Shown one piece after another: positions 9,283 to 20,298 of a stretch of 64,000 nt of DNA (position 1 is its first letter; each line of letters starts with the position of its first letter). Made by a program: the position numbers and the translations under genes. Where the stretch lies: assembly GCA_050298595.1 (NCBI GenBank), contig JBNKUM010000098.1:8751-72750 (forward strand), read 5' to 3'. Source of the stretch: Gammaproteobacteria bacterium. GTDB lineage: Bacteria > Pseudomonadota > Gammaproteobacteria > GCA-001735895. Under the pieces are notes generated by a model. It did not search any database, was not told the DNA's origin, and was given only the letters and a program-made list of their open reading frames with translations.

Positions 9283-10386
9283 TTAGATTACGATTAACTC
9301 TGCAGAAAGCGCGCCAACCTGCTTCAAAGACTCCAGAATGGCTACCAGATCACCCGGAGAAGCACCCACCTGATTCACGGCTCGAACGATCTGTTCCAGC
9401 GTTACACCTGTGTTAAACAGGAACATACGGCTATCGTCTGGTTTTACGGCTATATCGCTTTGCACAGTTTGAACCGTTTGACCACCCGATAAAGCGCCCG
9501 GCTGACTGACCTCGGTTGTATTAGTAATCGTAACGGTCATATTGCCATGTGATACCGCTGCAGAATAAACCCGCACATGATTGCCAATCACCACCGTTCC
9601 GGTACGTGAATTGATGATGACCTTGGCAGGTGCTTCACCCGGTTCAAATTCAAGATTTTCGATAAACGACATAAATCCTACGCGTTGCGATGTATCTTTA
9701 GGCGCATTAATGGAAACGGTAACGGCATCTTTAGCAAATGCGTTATTCGGCCCCAGCACATGATTAATGGTATCGGCCAGACGTTTGGCGGTAGTGAAAT
9801 CGGAACGTTTCAAATTAAGAGTGATATGACTACCCAGAGCAAAGGGATTAGTCACTTCTTTTTCGATGGAAGCACCATTGGGTATCCGCCCAACACTGGG
9901 GATATTGATAGTCACACGCGACCCATCCTGCCCTTCCACACCCAAACCACCAACAATCAGATTACCCTGTGCCAGCGCATAGATCTGACCATCGGCACCT
10001 TTTAATGGGGTCATTAATAAGCTACCACCACGCAGGCTTTTGGCATTACCTAAGGAAGATACCGTGATATCAATTTTTTGACCTATTTTGGCAAAGGGAG
10101 GAATATCGGCATGAATACTCACAGCAGCGATGTTCTTCACCTGTGGGTTAACATTAGCTGGAATAGTTATGCCGTACTGCGATAGCATGCTTTTCAGGCT
10201 TTGCACGGTAAAGGGGGTTTGAGCTGTCTGGTCACCAGTACCGTCCAGACCCACTACTAAGCCATAACCTACCAGTTGGTTGGAGCGCACGCCCTGTATC
10301 TCGGTTAAATCCTTGATACGTTCGGCATGGCTGGAAAATACTGGGAGTGCCAGTGCAAAAAATAAAACAAGGTTAATCTTTTTCAT
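9283..10386 (-). CDS. flgI: Flagellar P-ring protein FlgI
   Basis: Signal peptide, then ERIKD...[21 protein letters not shown]. Confidence 0.98.
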   Translation of the reverse strand: MKKINLVLFFALALPVFSSHAERIKDLTEIQGVRSNQLVGYGLVVGLDGTGDQTAQTPFTVQSLKSMLSQYGITIPANVNPQVKNIAAVSIHADIPPFAKIGQKIDITVSSLGNAKSLRGGSLLMTPLKGADGQIYALAQGNLIVGGLGVEGQDGSRVTINIPSVGRIPNGASIEKEVTNPFALGSHITLNLKRSDFTTAKRLADTINHVLGPNNAFAKDAVTVSINAPKDTSQRVGFMSFIENLEFEPGEAPAKVIINSRTGTVVIGNHVRVYSAAVSHGNMTVTITNTTEVSQPGALSGGQTVQTVQSDIAVKPDDSRMFLFNTGVTLEQIVRAVNQVGASPGDLVAILESLKQVGALSAELIVI

Positions 10387-10395
10387 TGCAGACTC

Positions 10396-11079
10396 CTAAA
10401 AAGGAAATACAGGGCTATCGAAGAAGCGACTTAGCCAGCCCTTGGTGTTAGATTCAGCAACTACGCCACCACCACCATAATAGATACGGGAATTAGCCAG
10501 CTTGCCGGACAGCACGACATTATTGGCACTTACATCCTGTGGTCTGACAATGCCGGTAAGACGGATGAATTCAGACCCCTGATTAAGGCCAAGGATCTTT
10601 TCACCGCGTACCAGTAAATTTCCATTGGGGTAGATATCCACCACCATAACGGTGATCTCACCTCTCAGACTGTTGCTCTGAGCACTATCACCTGATCCGG
10701 TAAATGCACGTTCGGCTGACAGTGAGTTATTTAACACGGCGTCGTCGTGATAAGTCGGCGTAGTACCTAGCAAGGTACCTGCTCCAATTCCTACACTGTC
10801 ATCCTTTGCAGTTTTGGTTTCCGCCGATTTTGACGCATTGGTAGATTCGAAAAGCGTGATACTCAGCAAATCGCCAATACGAAAGGCCTTGCTGTCTTCA
10901 AACAGTCGTACTGCTCGCCCCTGCTGGTAAATAGACCCGTTATTAACCGGTTGAAAACGCGCTTCTTTCAGATCAACTGGAGCAAACATTGGGTCTGGTT
11001 GAACCTCGATTCGAGTACTCGCACAAGCCTGCAACAACAGTATTGCCAGAGCGCAAATTGTTATGCTTAATGGTTTCAT
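10396..11079 (-). CDS. flgH: Flagellar L-ring lipoprotein FlgH
   Basis: Lipobox LQAC, NGSIYQ, PNGNL.VRGEK and GWLSRFF motifs. Confidence 0.97.
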   Translation of the reverse strand: MKPLSITICALAILLLQACASTRIEVQPDPMFAPVDLKEARFQPVNNGSIYQQGRAVRLFEDSKAFRIGDLLSITLFESTNASKSAETKTAKDDSVGIGAGTLLGTTPTYHDDAVLNNSLSAERAFTGSGDSAQSNSLRGEITVMVVDIYPNGNLLVRGEKILGLNQGSEFIRLTGIVRPQDVSANNVVLSGKLANSRIYYGGGGVVAESNTKGWLSRFFDSPVFPF

Positions 11080-11087
11080 CGCATCAC

Positions 11088-11873
11088 CTAAATATTGTTA
11101 TTCAGATAGGACATCATTCCGTCGGCGGTTGAAATCACGCGTGAGTTCATTTCATAAGCTCGTTGTGTTTCGATCATGCCGACCATTTCTTCAACGATGT
11201 TAACGTTTGATCCCTCTATCGATCCCTGACGTAATGTACCTAATCCAGTCAGACCAGGGGTACCTGCCTGCGCTGTGCCACTGGAAGCGGTTTCAAGAAA
11301 CAGATTTTCGCCGATAGGTTCAAGGCCCATGGGGTTGATGAAGTTAGAAAGCTGAATATTACCGACCACCGAAGGTGTACTGGTGCCTTGAGTGGTGACT
11401 GAAACAACGCCATCGGTACCAATGGTTATAGACTTGGTATCTGAAGGAATGGTAATGCCGGGCTGCAAGGTATAACCGCTAGAGGTAACTAATTGCCCCT
11501 GGTCGGACAATTTTAATCCACCATCACGTGTATAGGCTTCGCTACCGTCAGGCATCAAAATCGGCAAATATCCCTTGCCATCGATGGCTATATCCAGCGA
11601 ATTACCAGTGGTTTCAATAGAGCCCTGCGTATGTATTTTTTCAGTAGCCACAATACGTGAGCCTGCACCGAGGTAAAGACCTGTAGGCAGGCGCGTATCC
11701 TGTGATGTCTGGCCACCGGCCTGACGTATATTCTGATATAGCAAATCTTCAAATACCGCACGGCTTTGTTTAAAGCCAGTGGTACTGACGTTCGCAAGGT
11801 TATTAGAAATAACCGATAACCGAGTCTGTTGGGCGTCAAGACCGGTTTTTGCAACCCAGAGAGCCTGGTTCAT
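11088..11873 (-). CDS. flgG: Distal rod protein FlgG
   Basis: ALWVAKTGLDAQQ..ISNNLANVST.GFK and SNVNIVEEMV.MI.TQRAYE motifs. Confidence 0.97.
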   Translation of the reverse strand: MNQALWVAKTGLDAQQTRLSVISNNLANVSTTGFKQSRAVFEDLLYQNIRQAGGQTSQDTRLPTGLYLGAGSRIVATEKIHTQGSIETTGNSLDIAIDGKGYLPILMPDGSEAYTRDGGLKLSDQGQLVTSSGYTLQPGITIPSDTKSITIGTDGVVSVTTQGTSTPSVVGNIQLSNFINPMGLEPIGENLFLETASSGTAQAGTPGLTGLGTLRQGSIEGSNVNIVEEMVGMIETQRAYEMNSRVISTADGMMSYLNNNI

Positions 11874-11911
11874 GATAATTCTCCTGTGTTTGGGGCATTC
11901 ACAGGTAAATA

Positions 11912-11927
11912 TGCAGGGAGTGTGCCA
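11912..11927 (-). promoter_or_regulatory. sigma54 -24/-12 promoter for the flgG operon
   Basis: Minus strand TGGCACACTCCCTGCA = TGGCAC-N5-(C)TGCA with exact GG-N10-GC spacing; an AGGAG RBS lies downstream. Confidence 0.8.
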
Positions 11928-12073
11928 GAATTACCTGACAGCAAAATACAGAGCCCCGTTACTTCGTCTAAAGTTATTTGTGAAGATTTGTACCTAAATC
12001 ATTGAAGTTAACCAAAATTATTCTAAACTACTTTTTTTATGAAAAATTAAAAACTTCAATACAGGGAAACCGA

Positions 12074-12865
12074 ATGAAAAATCTGCTGATATTATTAACA
12101 TTTTGTATATCTCTACCGTTAAACGTCCTGGCCCAAAATGAGGGTTTTCCGGGACGTAGCATGTATCCAAACGTCAACTTCTATGAAACCGAACAATTAA
12201 ATAGCAATTTAGATAAAGTCATTATCGTAGATGTACGCTCAAGCTATGAGTATGAAACGCTACATATCAATGGCGCACTCAATATTGCCTTGGTTAGCAA
12301 AAATTTTACCGATAAAGTTAGAGCTTTGCCCACGGAAGATAAAGATATTGTCTTTTATTGCAACGGACATACCTGTTATAAATCCTATAAAGCCGTACTA
12401 AAGGCCCGCAATGCAGGTGTTAAAAATGTGTATACCTACGACGCAGGAATCTTCGACTGGGCCAATGCCCACCCGGATAAATCCACCTTATTGGGTGTTA
12501 CACCGATAAATCCGAAACAATTAATCAGTAAGGAAATGTTTAATGCCCACCTGTTAGACCCTGATAAGTTTGGCAATGCAATAAACGATAACGTAGTTAT
12601 TCTTGATATCAGAGAGCCGGGGCAGCGTGGCCTTTTGGAGCTCTTCCCCTATCGGCAGGAAAGCATTTCAATGGCTCAGAAGGAAAAGATGGCCAGTTTA
12701 CTGAAGAGTATTCGGGAACAGGGTAAGACTCTGCTGGTATATGATGAAGCAGGTAAACAGGTTGCCTGGTTACAGTATTCGCTAGAAGCCCAGGGAATAT
12801 CAAAGTATTACTTTATGAAGGGAGGAGCAAAGCAGTTCTTCAAGGACATTAAGAAGAAGAAATAA
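12074..12865 (+). CDS. Exported tandem rhodanese-domain protein (sulfurtransferase-like)
   Basis: Signal peptide MKNLLILLTFCISLPLNVLA. Domain 1 has IVDVRS..EY...HI.GA and FYCNGHTC; domain 2 has LDIRE and VYDEAG with no Cys. Start moved from TTG 12002 to ATG 12074. Confidence 0.85.
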   Translation: MKNLLILLTFCISLPLNVLAQNEGFPGRSMYPNVNFYETEQLNSNLDKVIIVDVRSSYEYETLHINGALNIALVSKNFTDKVRALPTEDKDIVFYCNGHTCYKSYKAVLKARNAGVKNVYTYDAGIFDWANAHPDKSTLLGVTPINPKQLISKEMFNAHLLDPDKFGNAINDNVVILDIREPGQRGLLELFPYRQESISMAQKEKMASLLKSIREQGKTLLVYDEAGKQVAWLQYSLEAQGISKYYFMKGGAKQFFKDIKKKK

Positions 12866-12892
12866 AAAATGTAAAAGTTTTGTTTTAATCAA

Positions 12893-12927
12893 ACCAGGCT
12901 GGCGAGAGTTATTCTCGCCAGCCTGGT
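12893..12927. terminator. Intrinsic terminator between the convergent rhodanese gene and secF
   Basis: 15-bp perfect stem ACCAGGCTGGCGAGA-GTTAT-TCTCGCCAGCCTGGT. Confidence 0.8.
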
Positions 12928-12940
12928 AAATAAAAAGGCT

Positions 12941-13867
12941 TTACGGGCGATCCAGCTCTTCATCAGTCTTTTCAGGCACCAGTAAATCTTCCCTCGAAAT
13001 ACCTAATGCAAGTGCAGTAGCACTGGCGACATAAATCGATGAATAGGTACCAACCACTACACCAATAATCAACGCCAGGGCAAAGGATTGAATCACTTCT
13101 CCGCCGAATACATATAGCGAAATCAGCACCAGCAGGGTCGTCAGCGATGTCATCAGGGTTCTGGATATAGTTTGATTGATGGAAGTATTGGTAATCTCAA
13201 GCGCCGACTTTTTACGAATTTTACGGAAGTTTTCACGGATACGATCAAACACCACGATGGTATCGTTTAACGAATAACCGATTACCGCCAGTATTGCCGC
13301 CAGTACCGTCAAATCGAAATCAAGTTGCAGAATAGAGAATACACCCAGCGTTATCACCACATCGTGGATCAGTGCAGCAACGGCACCCAGCGAGAAGCGA
13401 TACTCAAAACGTAGAGAGACATACACCAGAATCGCAATCAGAGCGTACAGTACCGCTAAACCACCATCTTCGGTAAGTTCCTTACCCACCTGAGGACCGA
13501 CAAAATCCACCCGGCGCACATCCAGTTTATCGCCTTCCAGCTCTTCTAGCAGGGTGATTACCTGAGTACTTAACTCTGCCTTGTTCTGACCTTCCTGGGG
13601 TACCAGTCGAATCAGAACCTCTTTGGCGCTGCCAAAATGCTGAACAACAGCATCAGCATAGCCGGCTTTTCCCAATGCCAGACGAATGGGTTCCAGTTCC
13701 ACCGACTTCTTGTAGCCAATTTCAATGACACTACCACCGGTAAAATCGATGCCGACATTGAGCTTGTTAACGATCAGACTGATCACAGATATCAGCATTA
13801 CAATTACTGAAATCGTCAGGGCAATCTTACGTATGCCCATAAAGTTATATTCACGAATAAGAGCCAT
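12941..13867 (-). CDS. secF: Protein translocase subunit SecF
   Basis: GIDFTGG, VGPQVG.EL and GYSLNDTIVVFDRIRE motifs. Confidence 0.98.
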   Translation of the reverse strand: MALIREYNFMGIRKIALTISVIVMLISVISLIVNKLNVGIDFTGGSVIEIGYKKSVELEPIRLALGKAGYADAVVQHFGSAKEVLIRLVPQEGQNKAELSTQVITLLEELEGDKLDVRRVDFVGPQVGKELTEDGGLAVLYALIAILVYVSLRFEYRFSLGAVAALIHDVVITLGVFSILQLDFDLTVLAAILAVIGYSLNDTIVVFDRIRENFRKIRKKSALEITNTSINQTISRTLMTSLTTLLVLISLYVFGGEVIQSFALALIIGVVVGTYSSIYVASATALALGISREDLLVPEKTDEELDRP

Positions 13868-13875
13868 AATTGTTC

Positions 13876-15741
13876 CTAGATAGCCAGCTTTTTGATGTTT
13901 TTACGACCGTAAATTAAATTGATAATCGCCCGCGTGCCCATGATGGCAGTGAACATTGAGGTCAGAATACCTATCGACAGGGTAACCGCAAATCCCTGTA
14001 TGGGACCGGTACCAAAACTGAACAGTATCACTGCTGCAATCAAGGTTGTGATATTCGCATCAGCAATAGTACTGAAAGCCTTCTGATAACCTGCAAATAT
14101 CGATGCCTGTGGCGAGTTACCCAGCCTCAATTCTTCACGGATACGCTCAAAGATCAGAACATTGGCATCCACCGCCATACCCACCGTCAATACGATACCG
14201 GCAATACCCGGTAAGGTCAGGGTTGCCTGCAACATGGAAAGTATGGCGACTATCAACACCAGATTCAGCGTTAGCGCAATATTAGCAACCATACCGAACA
14301 GCTTGTAATAGACCGCCATAAAGATAAGTACAGCAAAAAAGCCGATCACAACCGACTTGAATCCCTTATCGATGTTATCCTGACCCAGGCTAGGGCCGAC
14401 TGTACGTTCCTCAACGATCACCATAGGCGCTCGCAATGCACCAGCTCTAAGCAGTAATGCCAGATCACGAGCTTCACGGGTTGAATCCAGTCCAGTGATA
14501 TGAAACCGCTTGCTCAACTGGTCGCGGATAGTGGCTACATTAATAACCCGTGATTCAGTTGTTTTAATGCGCTTTTTCTCGCCATCCTGCTCAACGAATT
14601 CATACTTATCCTCAATAAATACAACTCCCATAGGTTTTCCGACGTTTTCGCGAGTGACCTTACTCATACGATCAGCACCCTTGCTGTTGAGGGTAATGCT
14701 GACATCGGGAGAGCTGGATTGAGTATCAATACCTGAGGCGGCACCGACAATCTGGTCACCGGTAACAATCACGCTACGTTTGAGTAAAACCGGAGAACCA
14801 TTGGTTTCCTTGTACAATTTGGCACCCAGAGGGATCTTGCCGCTACTGGCAGCCGTTTGCCAGTCAGCGAGTGAACCCTGTACCAGGCGAAACTCCAGCG
14901 TTGCAGTGGCCCCCAGAATTTCTTTCGCACGAACGGTATCCTGTACACCTGGCAACTGAACCACCACGCGATCTTCACCCTGCTGTTGAATCAGAGGCTC
15001 AGCAACACCCAGTTCGTTAACACGATTTTTCAGGGTAGCGATATTCTGCGTCAGTGCCGATTTCTTTTCTGCCAGTAAAGCCTGAGGGCTATAGGTCATA
15101 GTAATTAATGCAGCATTGGCTTCTTCAGTCGATGCAAACTCAAAATCACGGAATTCATCTTCCAGTACCTGGATCGCTTTTTCTCTTTCTGCATCGTCGG
15201 TAAAGCGAATAATCAAACTATCCTTGCCTGGCTGAACCGTACGGTAGTGAATCTTTTGATCCCTTAAAAACCCGCGAATTTCAGTTGCTGAGCGATCCAG
15301 CGCCTTGACTATCGCCTCTTCCATATCCACTTCCATCAGGAAGTGCACACCACCGCGCAAATCCAGACCCAGATACATGGGTAAAGCATTTAGCTTGGTC
15401 AACCAGTCTGGGGTCGCAGGGGCCAGATTAAGTGCCACCGTGTAACGGCTATCCTGTTCCTGTAAAGCATCTTTAATATCCGAAGCAGCTTTTAACTGAG
15501 CCTCTTCTGACTTAAAGCGAACAAGAATACTACCCTCAGTCAGTTCCACTGAACGATACTCAATATCGAGATTTTTCAGTAGCGTAGTTACATGGTTGAG
15601 TTCTTCTTCATTGACCAGGTTGACACGATGCGAAATTTGAACTGCAGGATCTTCGCCATACAGATTAGGAGCGGCATATACAAGCCCAAGCGCAACCACA
15701 ATAATGAGAAGTAGATACTTCCACAGGGGATAATGATTCAT
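13876..15741 (-). CDS. secD: Protein translocase subunit SecD
   Basis: LGLDLRGGVHFL, RVNELGVAEP and GMAVDANVLIFERIREE motifs. Confidence 0.98.
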   Translation of the reverse strand: MNHYPLWKYLLLIIVVALGLVYAAPNLYGEDPAVQISHRVNLVNEEELNHVTTLLKNLDIEYRSVELTEGSILVRFKSEEAQLKAASDIKDALQEQDSRYTVALNLAPATPDWLTKLNALPMYLGLDLRGGVHFLMEVDMEEAIVKALDRSATEIRGFLRDQKIHYRTVQPGKDSLIIRFTDDAEREKAIQVLEDEFRDFEFASTEEANAALITMTYSPQALLAEKKSALTQNIATLKNRVNELGVAEPLIQQQGEDRVVVQLPGVQDTVRAKEILGATATLEFRLVQGSLADWQTAASSGKIPLGAKLYKETNGSPVLLKRSVIVTGDQIVGAASGIDTQSSSPDVSITLNSKGADRMSKVTRENVGKPMGVVFIEDKYEFVEQDGEKKRIKTTESRVINVATIRDQLSKRFHITGLDSTREARDLALLLRAGALRAPMVIVEERTVGPSLGQDNIDKGFKSVVIGFFAVLIFMAVYYKLFGMVANIALTLNLVLIVAILSMLQATLTLPGIAGIVLTVGMAVDANVLIFERIREELRLGNSPQASIFAGYQKAFSTIADANITTLIAAVILFSFGTGPIQGFAVTLSIGILTSMFTAIMGTRAIINLIYGRKNIKKLAI

Positions 15742-15764
15742 GATTTGGAGTTATTCGAGTTGAA

Positions 15765-16094
15765 TTAAATACTTTTGATCGTGCCTTTAGGCAGAACCGT
15801 CGAAACTGCATGGCGCTGAACCTTAACTTCAACATTTTCAGCCAGTTTACAGGTCAGGAAACCCTCTGAAATATCGGTTACCTTGCCTACCAGACCACCT
15901 GTGGTGACAATTTCATCACCTTTTTGCAGGCTCTCTACCATGTTCTTATGTTCTTTGGCCTTTTTTTGCTGAGGACGGATCAACAGGAAATAAAAGATGA
16001 CAAACAGGATAACCAGAGGAAGAAAAGACATTATAGGGTTGCCCTGTCCTGCTGCTGCCGTTTGCGCCATCGCATCATTGATAAAAAAACTCAT
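15765..16094 (-). CDS. yajC: Preprotein translocase subunit YajC
   Basis: FYFLLIRPQQKK.KEH and KGDEIVT.GG motifs; start at ATG 16094. Confidence 0.96.
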   Translation of the reverse strand: MSFFINDAMAQTAAAGQGNPIMSFLPLVILFVIFYFLLIRPQQKKAKEHKNMVESLQKGDEIVTTGGLVGKVTDISEGFLTCKLAENVEVKVQRHAVSTVLPKGTIKSI

Positions 16095-16233
16095 AACTTT
16101 TCCTAATTTATATTGGCTGGTAAGGGATGAACCGGCGTTCTGCCGCTTCATGGCCTAAAACGGCGCGTATTATTGCATAGCGACGGTTTTAGATAAAAGC
16201 CTTATTCCCGATCAGGCCCGAATCAGATCAGAT

Positions 16234-17763
16234 TCAGGCAAACAATTTTGCATCGAGCAGTGTTGGCTGTGGGTCAATAATGGGGACGAAATTCATTTGA
16301 TCAAGTATGTCCTTTTGAATATCGATGCCTGGAGCAACAGATTCCAGGTGTAGGCCCCCCTCAGTCAGTCGGAAAACCGCGCGTTCGGTGATGTAATAAA
16401 TCTTCTGACCAGTCTGCAGGGAGCGCCGCCCATTAAAGGTTAAATGTTGCACCTGAGGCACAAATTTCTTTACCGGGCCATTGGATATCACCTTTAGTCC
16501 ATCGCTTAACAGCTCTATCTGCTGCCTGCCTGAGGTAAAGCTACCCATGAAGAATACTTCGCGTGCATTCTGACTGATATTGATAAAACCACCAGCCCCG
16601 GCAGTACGGCTGCCAAAGCGGCTGACATTCACATTGCCCTGAGTATCTACCTCGGCCATACCGAGAAATGCCTGATCCAGACCACCGCCGTCATAGAAGT
16701 CAAACTGAGCCGATTGATCGATGATAGCCTCTGCGTTGGCAGCAGCTCCAAAGCTTAGACCGCTGGCAGGTATTCCACCGATGCCACCCGGTTCAACAGT
16801 CAGGGTAAAATCATCAATCATACCCTTTTCACTGGCTGCCTGGGCCACTGCTTCAGGCATACCTATCCCCAGATTCACAATGCTGCCGGGTTTTAGATAC
16901 TGGGCTGCAATTCGACCCAGAATAAGACGAATATCCTTTTCGTACTTTATATGTGCTCGTGAAACAGTGACTTCTCCACTGTAGGCAGGGTTATAAAGCT
17001 CACCAAAGGTTTGCATATGATTTTGCCTGTCAGCGATGACGACAGCATCTACCAGAATCCCCGGTATCTTCACCATCTGTGGTGACAGTCGATGCTGCTC
17101 GGTAACACGCTCAACCTGCACCAGCACCTTGCCACCACTATTGTGAACGGCCTGTGCAATAGACAGTGCTTCCAGGGTGAGGGCTTCGTGCTCCATGGTG
17201 ATATTGCCATTGCTATCCGCTGTGGTGCCGCGCAGTAATGCAATTTGAATGGGAAAGGCCTTGTAGAACAGATATTCCTGATCATCGATGTGCATCAGCT
17301 GTACGATGTCTTCACTAGCGGCAGCGTTTAACTTGCCGCCATCAACCCTCGGATCAACAAAGGTATGCAGGCCCACATGCGTCAGGGTGCCCGGCTTACC
17401 GGCTGCGATGTCTCTATATAAATGAGAGATGACACCCTGAGGTAGATTATATGCCTCCAGTTCATTCTCGTAAGCCAAAGCACCCAGCTTAGGCACCAGC
17501 CCCCAATGACCACCGATGATGCGTTGTACCAGTCCCTTTTCACCCAGATGATTGAGCCCCTTTTCCTTACCATCACCCTGACCTGCAGCATACACCAGGG
17601 TTAAATTCTGCGGATGACCGCTTGCCAGAAAACGCCTCTGCACGGCTATCAATAGCTCTTCAGGCACACCCGTACCCACGAATCCGCCGGTAGCTATAGT
17701 ATCCCCATCCTGAATTATCTGCGCCGCCTGTTCGGCACTGATCAACTTATGATGCGGGTTCAT
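16234..17763 (-). CDS. Family I acyl-CoA:acetate/propionate CoA-transferase, fused YdiF/Pct type
   Basis: AAGQGDG...GHWGLVP, YNLPQG, VNLGIGMPE, catalytic Glu in TVEPG, and GAGGFINISQ. Confidence 0.9.
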   Translation of the reverse strand: MNPHHKLISAEQAAQIIQDGDTIATGGFVGTGVPEELLIAVQRRFLASGHPQNLTLVYAAGQGDGKEKGLNHLGEKGLVQRIIGGHWGLVPKLGALAYENELEAYNLPQGVISHLYRDIAAGKPGTLTHVGLHTFVDPRVDGGKLNAAASEDIVQLMHIDDQEYLFYKAFPIQIALLRGTTADSNGNITMEHEALTLEALSIAQAVHNSGGKVLVQVERVTEQHRLSPQMVKIPGILVDAVVIADRQNHMQTFGELYNPAYSGEVTVSRAHIKYEKDIRLILGRIAAQYLKPGSIVNLGIGMPEAVAQAASEKGMIDDFTLTVEPGGIGGIPASGLSFGAAANAEAIIDQSAQFDFYDGGGLDQAFLGMAEVDTQGNVNVSRFGSRTAGAGGFINISQNAREVFFMGSFTSGRQQIELLSDGLKVISNGPVKKFVPQVQHLTFNGRRSLQTGQKIYYITERAVFRLTEGGLHLESVAPGIDIQKDILDQMNFVPIIDPQPTLLDAKLFA

Positions 17764-17769
17764 GGACTA

Positions 17770-18888
<1,119 letters not shown>

Positions 18889-18924
18889 CTATAGAGTCGG
18901 TATTTTAAGAGACTGGGGTTTAAA

Positions 18925-19953
18925 TTAAAGCCGATTTTTAATCAGCATCGAATCGCCGTAGCTGAAAAAGCGATATTCAGCATCCACAGCATGTTGATAG
19001 GCCTGCATCATGAAGTCTTTTCCTGCAAAAGCGCTCACCAGCATTAATAAGGTAGAACGTGGTAAATGGAAGTTGGTAATCATCGCATCCACTACCCGAA
19101 ACTCATACCCTGGTGTAATAAATAATTGCGTATCGCCCTGAAAGGGTTTGATACCTCCATCAGCAGCGGCGCTTTCCAGGCTACGCACGACGGTAGTACC
19201 TACCGCTATTACTCTGCCGCCGATTTTTCGAGTATATTTAATCTGCTGGCAAACCGCTTCGCTTACCGCCACCATCTCGGCATGCATAATATGTTCAGAT
19301 ACCTCTTCAACGCGCATCGGCTGGAATGTACCAGCTCCTACATGCAACGTCACATAAGCCGTTCTGACACCACGCTCCTGCAATGAATCCAGTAGTGTCT
19401 GATCGAAATGCAGCCCCGCTGTGGGCGCTGCAACAGCCCCTACATTACGCGAGTAAACGGTCTGGTAACGATCTTTATCGCTGTCATCATCCTTACGCTG
19501 TATATAAGGAGGTAAAGGCATATGACCATGCTGCTGTAACAAATCGAGCCAATTGCCCTGCTGATTGAGCTTCAATCTAAATAAATCATCCTGCCGACCT
19601 TCAACCTGACAGTCTATAACCTGCTCCAGTTTAAGACGCGTCCCGGCCTTAGGGGATTTACTGCTACGAACATGAGCCAGAACTTCCTGATCATTAATGA
19701 TGCGTTCAATCAACACCTCTACCTTGCCGCCACTTTCCTTCTGGCCAAATAAACGTGCGGGAAACACGCGAGTATCATTAAAGATGAGTAAATCTTGCGG
19801 CCTTAGATACTGCTCAAGGCAGGAAAACTGTTGATCTTCAATACTACTCTGTTGTGGGTCGAGCACCAGTAGTCGTGAAGCTGTTCTTTGCTCAAGTGGT
19901 TTTTGAGCGATTAATCGCTCAGGTAATTCGTAGTCAAAGTCTGAAGCTTTCAT
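18925..19953 (-). CDS. queA: S-adenosylmethionine:tRNA ribosyltransferase-isomerase
   Basis: PLPPYI, AVAAPTAGLHF, TNFHLPRSTL and FFSYGD motifs. Confidence 0.98.
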   Translation of the reverse strand: MKASDFDYELPERLIAQKPLEQRTASRLLVLDPQQSSIEDQQFSCLEQYLRPQDLLIFNDTRVFPARLFGQKESGGKVEVLIERIINDQEVLAHVRSSKSPKAGTRLKLEQVIDCQVEGRQDDLFRLKLNQQGNWLDLLQQHGHMPLPPYIQRKDDDSDKDRYQTVYSRNVGAVAAPTAGLHFDQTLLDSLQERGVRTAYVTLHVGAGTFQPMRVEEVSEHIMHAEMVAVSEAVCQQIKYTRKIGGRVIAVGTTVVRSLESAAADGGIKPFQGDTQLFITPGYEFRVVDAMITNFHLPRSTLLMLVSAFAGKDFMMQAYQHAVDAEYRFFSYGDSMLIKNRL

Positions 19954-20121
19954 AGCATGAAGGGGGTTTCACAGGTCGATATTTTAAAGGGGCGCAATCA
20001 TACTGGGCTTCTTAAGCCCTGCCAATCGGTGTTTAATGCAGATATGTTGCAATATCTGCATAAATTTCTCTTCTTAGTGCTACCACTTAACGACATTATC
20101 CATTAAAATCCACGCCTTATT

Positions 20122-20208
20122 GCCGGGGTGGCGGAACTGGTAGACGCGGCGGATTCAAAATCCGCTGGTGGTAACACCTTGGGGGTTCGAGTCCCCCCCC
20201 CGGTACCA
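20122..20208 (+). tRNA. tRNA-Leu (anticodon CAA)
   Basis: GCCGGGG/CCCCGGT acceptor stem, anticodon arm GCGGA-TTCAAAA-TCCGC, long variable arm, GTTCGAG T-loop and encoded CCA; TAAAAT -10 upstream. Confidence 0.95.
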
Positions 20209-20298
20209 AACACTATTTGTTTGGATCACTTAATATGTTTCAATAGCCGTGTAACTAACTTTTATTATAACTAAACCAAGCATTCAGCTGAGAAGTCT

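Noticed and set aside
20193-20201. Poly-C run as a phase-variation tract
   Set aside because: It forms the paired T-stem and acceptor stem of tRNA-Leu.
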